Of a stretch of 25,162 nucleotides of DNA, positions 1 to 7,346 are shown piece by piece. The notes under the pieces were generated by a model. That model was not told the origin of the DNA, did not search any database, and was given only the letters and a program-made list of their open reading frames with translations. Each line of letters starts with the position of its first letter. Position 1 is the stretch's first letter. Made by a program: the position numbers and the translations under genes. The DNA is from Macrostomum lignano (lineage: Eukaryota), in contig NIVC01005137.1 of assembly GCA_002269645.1 (NCBI GenBank), forward strand, positions 1-25,162, in the 5' to 3' direction.

Positions 1-792
1 AATTGATTGCAAGTTTGATAATTCAACATATGCTCAAAATTTATTTGCGTACTTTAAATGTGCAGGATTTATCTCAAGACAGGCTAAATTAGTTATTTGC
101 AGTTAATTTACTTTCATATCAAGTCTTATAAAGTGCATTAATTAATTTTATGTATGACGAGTACAATTCATTCAGTTCTGAATTGTTGTCTTTTTGTTGA
201 AAAGTACTTTGCAGTAATGATTTATTGTCTACTTGCAATGTTGTTGGAATATTTTAGGATGAATAAAATAAGGCATAAGATACTCATAGTTTCTGCTCAG
301 TGAGTGAGAGAATTCAAGATAACCAAATGAGTTTAGATAATTGAAAAGTATTTGGCCAAATACATTTGTTGTCTTTTTTCATTCAGCCTTCGCCAAATTT
401 GTCCATGTTGAATTTCTGTCGCCGAATTTGCATGCATCCATTAACTATTATGATTATTTCAATAAAATATATGCAAAATAGTTCCAATGATTATAATTTA
501 ACAGGTTCAACATCCAAAATGTGCAGGTTTCAATAGCTTGTTATCTTATAATGATGGTATTGCTTTAAAAATTTGAAACTATATTAAATTGATACTTTCT
601 TTCTTTTACTAAAGGCTACCACACTAGTTTATAATCAAATACATTTGATACATTTTGATACATTTGATTAAAACATTTGATGTGATACCCTAAATTATGT
701 CAGAAGTACAACCACAATGTACAATTTTTATTAGAAAAAGATAGTGGCTATCCTAAAGTGAATTCTATAAATATAAAATTAAAAATAATATG

Positions 793-1254
793 TAGGCCTA
801 TGTTCATATAAAGTTTTGTCTATATCAAAAAATCTATAAAATCTACAATATAAAAGCTGTTGCCAGATCATCTGTTTCTAATTTGACTGCCACTGGATCA
901 TCTGTCACTAAATTGTCAGTCACCAGATTGACTAGAAGCCAATCTTTATTAGGCCTATATAATGACATTGTATATAATATATAATCACCTAATATAGTAT
1001 CCAAGGCAAAAAAAGAAATGAATTGTAGACATAAGACATAGACATGGCAATGAGAAGTAGTAGGTAGGCCCTAGGTATGAGTTATGAAAAAATTTAATAT
1101 TAATATAAATTTATAATTATATAGGCCTATTATTTTTTGGTAGTAGGCCTAGGAGTCTAGGAGAAAATGATAAAGCTTTAATCAATTTTCTTTAAGTTCA
1201 AGACAACTATTATGAAATGGTTTAAATTATGCCTAAAAATACCAAGTAGGCCTA
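793..1254. repeat. Cluster of five exact TAGGCCTA palindromes in an AT-rich region
   Basis: Exact copies at 793-800, 950-957, 1122-1129, 1144-1151 and 1247-1254. Confidence 0.85.
862..936. repeat. Degenerate 15/30-bp tandem repeat
   Basis: GCCAGATCATCTGTT / TCTAATTTGACTGCC / ACTGGATCATCTGTC / ACTAAATTGTCAGTC / ACCAGATTGACTAGA; GATCATCTGT recurs at a 30-bp spacing (866, 896). Confidence 0.5.
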
Positions 1255-1904
1255 TATTTAGTATAAGCTTAGTTAAGCCAACCAAAGTTTTATTGAAAAA
1301 ATATATACATAACACATTGTACCCGTACAATTGATTGCTCAGTTCAACTAGTTCAATTTCAGTGCTTTTAATTTTTCGTACCAATCTGGGTCTTAGACTC
1401 AGAATTAGTTAGTTCTGGTGTTGACTGGGTTTTCAACATCTGGACTGGACTGGTTTGACTGGATTTGACTGAATGGTGTCAGTGTGTCGTGTCGTGTCAC
1501 GTGCGTCAAGAAATTGACATCCATTTTTATACTAATTCAAAATAAAGTAAGTTTCTCTGAATTTTGACGTTTAATTGCAGTTATTAAAACACTGGATTTA
1601 CATGTAAAATTTAACAAACATCTCAAGACAGTATTAGCAAATACAGTTGATTAAGTGTCTTTTTACGATAAGCATCGATGCGTAAGCAGAGTATACTTAT
1701 TATTAATATACTCAACTTCTAAGCGTAGCAAGGTCCAAAGAAATCTTTTTTAAATATTGCTTTGTATAGCTTTTCTAGACGGTTTTTCTCCACTTATTTT
1801 ATCTACGGCGCTTGTACTTGTACGTCAAATTTATTGTAAAATTCTATAATGCTTCAATATTTACAAAAACTAAGCAAAATCTGAACTATTATTGATCACT
1901 TTCA

Positions 1905-2060
1905 CAAGGACTTCTAGACTAGACTAAGGGGTCGTACTATAAAGCTATAAAGCGTAAGTTGTATCGTACGTCGGAACTTTTACACTGCGGAGATAGGGGC
2001 TAAGAACGATCTTATCTTACGATGGCTTTATAGAATGGGGCCTAAGTCTGGAAGTCCTTG
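1905..2060. mobile_element. 156-bp non-autonomous DNA transposon (MITE), hAT- or P-superfamily-like
   Basis: 16-bp TIRs CAAGGACTTCTAGACT (1905-1920) and AGTCTGGAAGTCCTTG (2045-2060) match at 15/16. A perfect 8-bp direct repeat CACTTTCA abuts both ends (1897-1904, 2061-2068). An 8-bp TSD with a CAAGG terminus fits hAT (YARNG) or P-like elements. Confidence 0.8.
1928..2042. mobile_element. Probable nested 115-bp PIF/Harbinger-like MITE
   Basis: Imperfect 18-bp TIRs GGGGTCGTACTATAAAGC (1928-1945) and GCTTTATAGAATGGGGCC (2025-2042) match at 13/18, with the inner 9 bp perfect. TAA flanks both sides (1925-1927, 2043-2045). GG termini and a TWA TSD are PIF/Harbinger hallmarks. The alternative is one long imperfect TIR of the outer element. 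Confidence 0.5.
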
Positions 2061-2096
2061 CACTTTCATTTGCGAACACAAGAGCTAGACATCATT

Positions 2097-2270
2097 ATTT
2101 GCATTTGCCGGGACTTCAAGTGTAGATTAGTCACTCATTGTCAGCCAATCATGTATGTCAGCGTTACCTAGCTAACTTTAATTGGCCCTGTTTTGGAGTG
2201 GGGTGGTGGGGCAGAGGATTGGCAGTGGGTGCAGCAGGGTTGGTATAGCTGTGGGTGGCTCTTTATACCC
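2097..2270 (+). promoter_or_regulatory. Possible promoter/enhancer motif cluster upstream of the 2683 gene
   Basis: Octamer ATTTGCAT (2097-2104), three CCAAT/ATTGG boxes (about 2146, 2181, 2219) and a GT/CACCC box TGGAGTGGGGTGG (about 2194-2206) that also occurs upstream of the 5214 gene (about 5393-5405). Motif-level evidence only. Confidence 0.25.
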
Positions 2271-2573
2271 GAGTTTTTTGTTTGCAGGCTTGTACTTCGC
2301 TCTCTCGTTCATCTAATTTTTTTTGCCTTTGTCTCTATCTACACTGTACCGGAATAATTCTTTTTTAATCAGATCTAACGTTATTCCTAGATAAATTCAT
2401 AATGCATGCAAGTTGATATCTTTATTATCTTTCCATACATGTATATATTCTTTAGAAATATTTCATTACAGCTGCTTATAAACGTTACAAAACGCTTCTT
2501 CTGTCTTCAAAATACTTTTTGCATCAATTGATGTATTGGGGGGGGAATAGCTAATGTAAAATTTACACACAGC

Positions 2574-2658
2574 AGGGAATGATGCTGAGAGGGAATGATG
2601 CTGAGAGGGAATGATGCTGAGAGGGAATGATGCTGAGAGGGAATGATGCTGAGAGGGA
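2574..2658. repeat. 16-bp minisatellite (AGGGAATGATGCTGAG) x5 plus a partial copy
   Basis: Five perfect units at 2574, 2590, 2606, 2622 and 2638, followed by AGGGA. Confidence 0.95.
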
Positions 2659-2682
2659 CTGTATTCAAAGATACATGTAACA

Positions 2683-3252
2683 ATGAGGGCTCTTTGCGTC
2701 TGCCTGCTGGTGTCTCTGGCCCTGTCCGTAAACTAAATTAACTCCGCCGTGACGCCTCGCAGTGCGGCAGACAACAGGCAAGAGGTTCGGATCTGATCTA
2801 CAGCGTTGCAAATGGCGATTATTTGTTCGTCAGCAAGGACAAGAGGGGCAGCGCGCCGGACAATTTGGTCAAGAGAACATCGTTGAGAACATCGGCGAGT
2901 CGAGCAAATCGGTTCCTCCTGCAGCACGGCGGCAATAACCGCTACGGCATCTACAACCCGAGCTCCGATGGCTCACGTGGTCCTGCCTCACCCAAGAGAA
3001 GCCGGGGCTGAGCGCATCAAGCAGAGGAACGAGTTCGTATTTGAGAGCGTCGGGCACAATCGCTCTGTGATATTCAACCCCAGCTATGGTAAATATCTGT
3101 TTGCGTCAAAAAGCCTTCACAACGTAGACAATAACCTTGTGCTCAGTCATAAATCTTGGTTCGATTGCCGCAACAAGTTTCACTCTGATTCTGCACGACG
3201 AGCCTTGTTCCTAGTCTGTATAAATGGAGAGAACTTCATTAAGTGCACCTGA
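2683..3252 (+). pseudogene. Disabled gene for a secreted protein of about 190-200 aa with a three-fold internal repeat (beta-trefoil/ricin-B-like fold suspected)
   Basis: The signal peptide MRALCVCLLVSLALSVN is followed by an in-frame TAA (2734-2736). A 5-bp duplication GATCT-GATCT (2790-2799) shifts the frame; removing it gives QEVRIYSVANGDYLFVS. A second shift near 2967 joins the track ORFs 2823-3011 and 2968-3252. Internal repeats: IYSVANGDYLFVS vs IFNPSYGKYLFAS, and NRFLLQHGGNNRYGIYNPS vs NEFVFESVGHNRSVIFNPS. Confidence 0.7.
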
Positions 3253-3674
3253 GCTCTCGCACCTGATCAGAGACCGAACGATGCATCTGATAACTTTCAG
3301 ATTGGGAATTTTCAGATTGGGTTAAATCCAGGACTAATTAATGACTTAATGCTTAACCATTTTTTGATACCTACATGTAAGCAAGTTAAGATGACTACTT
3401 TGATGCAGTGTAATGTAGATTGATCTGATACGTTGTCTACGGTATAGAGCTTCTCGATGAATTTAGGCTCAATTAGTTCGCTTTTATACCGAGTTGTTGC
3501 AAACAGAACGAAGATTTGCATGGATTACACGTCTGTATTGGCTCCTGCTGCTTTTCCAGAATATACATGTAGGGAACAGCTTTTTGTCTATGGGGAGTCT
3601 GGAGAGCAGCAGAAATGCTTGAGTTCGATGTCTGATTCAAATAGAACCAAATGTTGGTCTTAACCTACCTGTTT

Positions 3675-4026
3675 CTGATTCAGGAAAAAAGAACACAGCT
3701 ACTATATACGTTATAATTAGGCAGTTTCCGTTTTTTATTCACAAAAATCAACAAAATCTTACCTTTAGAACTCTTGTGGATCGCAACTGGCTTTACTATG
3801 ACCAGGTGGCAATGCTGACAAATGTTTAATTTGTTTCCTGAAACTTCGTTTGGCTTGTACAAGCTGGCCCTTGGCGGGTTTGGCCCATAGATTTTTGGGC
3901 ACTGGAAGCAATATATAGATATGTCTATGCTTCCTAGGCCGAAACGCGGCACAAATACCTTATTGTAACATATGTAATTTGTCAATGCAACAACAGCATC
4001 AGCAACAACAATAACAACAACAACAT
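3675..4026 (-). other. Possible cryptic or degraded multi-exon gene for a secreted Cys-containing protein
   Basis: ATG at 4026 opens MLLLLLLLLMLLLH (a TTG repeat), then TGA. There is a GT-AG 57-nt intron (3958-3902, ending TTGCTTCCAG), a 139-nt exon (3901-3763) ending AAAG|GTAAGA, and an 88-nt intron (3762-3675) ending TTTTTTCCTGAATCAG. GC boxes lie upstream (about 4142 and 4178). No intact ORF without indel correction. Confidence 0.25.
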
Positions 4027-4031
4027 CACAA
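3988..4031. repeat. Imperfect (CAA)n microsatellite
   Basis: CAACAACAGCATCAGCAACAACAATAACAACAACAACATCACAA. Confidence 0.8.
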
Positions 4032-4485
4032 TATACTGTCAGGTCTTATAAAATACGCGTCTCTGGACTGGGTCGTCTAGATCTTTAGTCTTGTAGTCCT
4101 CCGTAAATACAGAAGACAACGACAGGCAACACGAGCCGTTTGGGCGGACAGATAAGAGGGCTCTGGGTGTGCAGGACGGGCGGGTGTGCAGAAGAAGAAT
4201 TGCATTCAATCAAAGATTAATTGAAATCTTGAACCTAGAATTTACATGCGCATCTACGAGATACATTAATTTCGTAGTTTTTGTTTACTACTACTTTCTA
4301 GTCAGTAGGCGGGGATCGCTTAAAACGGTAAAATGAATGCTGGTTAAATACCACAATACAATTAAACTGCTCAGTCAGCCAGCACGCGGAGGCGAAATAA
4401 TATAGACACTACTTAGTCATCGTATGATTATTCACGGTTATCAACCCATCCCATCCAAAAACCTGATTTGATCTGTCTATCTATC

Positions 4486-4656
4486 CTAGCTTCAGCAAAA
4501 AAATTATGCTATTTACGTTTCTTGCTTTGAGAACTATTGTTCTTTTTAGTAAATATACCATCGAATCCTTCTAGCTTCAGCGATAAAAATATTTTATGCA
4601 ATTTACGTTTCTTGCTGTGAGAACTATTGTTCTTTTTAGTAAATATACCATCGAAT
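4486..4656. repeat. About 85-bp tandem duplication
   Basis: CTAGCTTCAGC...ATTTACGTTTCTTGCT(T/G)TGAGAACTATTGTTCTTTTTAGTAAATATACCATCGAAT at 4486-4566 and 4571-4656. Confidence 0.9.
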
Positions 4657-4896
4657 TGTACAATTTTGCAGACTATTAGCAGAGCCTTTCAAACGGATGC
4701 TTGAAAAAAATAGTCGACGATATAGAATCAGAATCAACGATACACTATTTGTGGGATAATGTACAAATTAAATCCAGAATGAATTTCTTCGATAAAACTT
4801 GGTCTTTGCCTAAAACTAGCAAAAATAAAGTTGCAAGCCACTGAACGCGCAAAGGAGTTGCTAGAATTGTAGCAGTCGATTACGAAGCTATTAGTA

Positions 4897-4902
4897 TTTA
4901 TT
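4897..4902 (-). terminator. Candidate polyadenylation signal AATAAA for the 5006-5214 gene
   Basis: TTTATT on the + strand, about 100 nt downstream of the corrected stop codon. Confidence 0.4.
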
Positions 4903-5005
4903 TTGGTACCAAATTAATTGACAATTAAAACCATAAAACTGAAATGGATGATGCATCGTTCAGCCTCTGATCAGGTGAGAGCCGCCCGGGTCAGTCAGCG
5001 AGCGC

Positions 5006-5214
5006 TCAGGTGCAGCGGTACATGCGGGGATTGTAGCAGTGCGTGCCGCACTTGCGATGACGACCGGGCACAGGAAGTAGCCATTGATGCAAGTGTGCGT
5101 CCTCGGGCTGTAGCAGGTGCCGCCGCAGGACCGGTCGCCGCCACCGCAGGCGTCAGTAGAGTTCACAGACACGGCCAGCAGAACCAGCAGGCAGACGCAG
5201 AGAGCCTTCATCAT
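5006..5214 (-). CDS. Small secreted cationic 8-Cys peptide, CBM52 (PF10645 Carb_bind)-like, with a 1-bp frameshift at about 5061
   Basis: The signal peptide is MMKALCVCLLVLLAVSVNSTDA. Restoring one G (GTC GT CAT to GTC GGT CAT) gives the mature peptide CGGGDRSCGGTCYSPRTHTCINGYFLCPVGHRKCGTHCYNPRMYRCT-stop (TGA at 5008-5006), a two-fold repeat C-xx-G-x-R-x-CG-xx-CY-x-PR-xxx-C. Codons are C/G-ending, and TATA, CCAAT and polyA motifs are appropriately placed. The track's 84-aa version is the frameshifted read-through. Confidence 0.85.
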
Positions 5215-5354
5215 CTTGAGTAGAGGTGTTGATGCGGTGAGTAGTGGAATGCTGCAGAACCGATGCGGACTTTTATTCTGTAGGGCCTCTGGTCGGTGCT
5301 TGCTGAGTTGCTAAGTGGCTGCTGGCTTGCACCGTCGCCTCAGTCCGCCGCTTG

Positions 5355-5453
5355 TATTTATAGACTGCGGCCAGAGGCTTGGGGTTGAAGGGTGGAGTGG
5401 GGTGGGGGCCATCAGAACACGAAAAACCCCCTCTGTGAAACCCGCCAGCCAAT
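5355..5453 (-). promoter_or_regulatory. Core promoter of the 5214 gene (TATAAATA, CACCC box, CCAAT)
   Basis: TATAAATA on the - strand at 5362-5355, about 140 nt upstream of the ATG; CCACCCCACTCCA at about 5405-5393; CCAAT at 5449-5453. Confidence 0.55.
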
Positions 5454-5788
5454 CAAATTTTGTTTTAAAGACAAGAGCAGACTGTGGTGAGGGGGGCGGG
5501 GTGCTGGGTCAGCTAGTAATTGATCCAAGCCCCTGGTGTGTGTGCACATCTACAAATACTATAGTAAAAGCTTATCTTGGTTGGTTAGTACAGCCCTGGC
5601 TTAAGCGTTGACGATCGCGTTTTCATTCTCTGCTAAGTAAATATTGATAGTTTGCAAACGTAAACAAGCTCGTCATTCTTGCATTCAGCTCAATATAATT
5701 ATAGCTGATACTCGTATTACGCAATAGTCACCCAAGTTAGGCTTCGCAAATTCAGAATGCTCTATATGATAATAAATAAATGCAGCTA

Positions 5789-6055
5789 CACTCAGCAACA
5801 TCGAAAAGTCGCCATCACAGAAGATTCCTTTTTGAGAGGGCGGCAGGTAAAGTCTCTCAATCTTTGCGAGTGACGCAACTCAGCTACGCCGCGGCAGACT
5901 TGAGTTGAGGAATGAAGTGGGGGGGGGAGCGGTGTGCGAGGGTTGGACGGATCAAAGCTACCCCGATCAGTTTTCTCGTCTATTTTATTTCATAATAGTC
6001 CAAGAGAAATTGCTCACTGGCGCATAGAGTGGCGACTTTTCAACGTTGCTGAGTA
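5789..6055. mobile_element. 267-bp MITE with TA target-site duplication (Tc1/mariner- or animal CACTA/CMC-like)
   Basis: TIRs CACTCAGCAACATCGAAAAGTCGCCA (5789-5814) and TGGCGACTTTTCAACGTTGCTGAGTA (6030-6055) match at 23/26. TA lies at 5787-5788 and 6056-6057. Confidence 0.75.
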
Positions 6056-6227
6056 TACATGTATATTTAAACCCAACGACAGGACAAGATTGTTGCCAAT
6101 TTCAAAGATCAAAGTCCAGCGCAGATGGTATATGCAGCTGATGCTCAGCTCGTTCTTCATCAAAACATTTCTCATCGGATTCACTGGATTCTTCGTTACT
6201 TATTTTATAAGATGAATATAGTGGAAC

Positions 6228-6471
6228 GAAGGGATCGGGGTGATGGGATGAAGGGGATCAGAGTCAGTGGATGAAGGAATCAGAGTCCGTGGATGAAGGA
6301 ATCAGGGTCCGTGGATGAAGGGATCGGGGTGATAGGATGAAGGGGATTAGAGTCAGTGGATGAAGGAATCAGGGTCCGTGGATGAAGGGATCAGGGTCCG
6401 TGGATGAAGGGATCAGGGTCCGTGGATGAAGGGATCAGGGTCCGTGGATGAAGGGATCAAGGTCAGCGGGT
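6228..6471. repeat. 22-bp minisatellite (GAAGGGATCAGGGTCCGTGGAT) x11
   Basis: Eleven units of 22-23 bp. Two variant units recur as a pair 89 bp apart (6228 and 6317). Confidence 0.92.
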
Positions 6472-7346
6472 GAGGGGCACGTTAGCGCCTCTCTGAAGCA
6501 CATTTAAGCGCCAACTGAAGGTCATCACAGCATAATTAGAAAGGGCCCGTCGTGCGCTTTCTAAGAAAGTTGCCTGCATCAACAGCGGCAGCACCGATGA
6601 CGCAACAGGTCGCTTGGACGTACCAGCTGCCGGCGCGGCGCATCGTCCAATTCTGGGTGTCGATGAGCCAGATGGCGTCTTCTTTTTTCAGAGCTGCAAA
6701 CTTTCAGAAAATTGAAACGAGCGCACTGCGCCACTCCATTGCTAATCAACGAAATTGCTTTTTTTTACTTTTCGTAATTAAGAAAGCGAATTGAGGCCAA
6801 CTACGCCGTGCTGTGCAGCGGAGAGGAGCTGAAGGGCGAATCAAATTAGCTCATAATTAAAACATGCCCGAACTGCCATCGGGCCAGCCGGTAGGCCCAA
6901 TCGCTAATTGATGCGCCTAAAATGGCGGATTAAGCAAAAAAGGTCCTGAGAATTCGGAGATCCATTTTGCATAATTGAAACTCGCTCGAGCTGTCACTCT
7001 GGCTGATCGCCCCGAGACTTGGTCGACCTTTCGCTGCCGACAGGCTCCATTGCTCAGCTGCTCAGCCTGCAGTGTGCTCAGGTGGCGCCGGCTGCAAGCA
7101 AAGCCGATGCGATGGCGACATGGGCTGTAAATGCAGCTGGAGAGCAGCTTATCGCAATTCGCAGGTAGAGCTCTGAAAAATTGCATGTCACCGGCTCTGC
7201 TCGAAATCGGGGGCAGCTGAACGGCTCGCTTTGTGGCCGGCAATTCAAAAGGCGCTGATGGGCTTTGACGGGCGAGCTGAGAGTCCGCTGTGCTCAGTTC
7301 TGGAGCGATGCGGCGTTTGCTCAGGGGTAGCAGGTGGGATTCCAGA

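Noticed and set aside
640-681. Short (TACATTTGA)-like tandem, about 4 copies
   Set aside because: Ordinary slippage repeat.
610-757. Weak inverted similarity AAAGGCTACCAC / GTGGCTATCCTAAA (Kolobok-like)
   Set aside because: Too degenerate, with no TTAA TSD.
846-1434. Possible minus-strand exons (MLKTQSTPE... near 1434; LVTDNLVTDDPV... near 930) and ORF 1178-1384
   Set aside because: Very AT-rich with weak splice sites; the apparent coding look is explained by the 15-bp repeat.
71-1631. 12-bp direct match ATCTCAAGACAG at 71 and 1620
   Set aside because: It does not extend; not evidence of an LTR or a duplication.
4918-5611. Plus-strand ORFs 4918-5223, 5117-5314 and 5315-5611
   Set aside because: They are antisense shadows of the peptide gene and its promoter, with no domain features.
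5934-6215. 93-aa ORF
   Set aside because: It has a GTG start and crosses a MITE boundary, with no recognisable motif.
6552-7243. ORFs 6552-6794 and 6917-7243
   Set aside because: Non-ATG starts and no recognisable similarity; probably part of an unclassified repeat.
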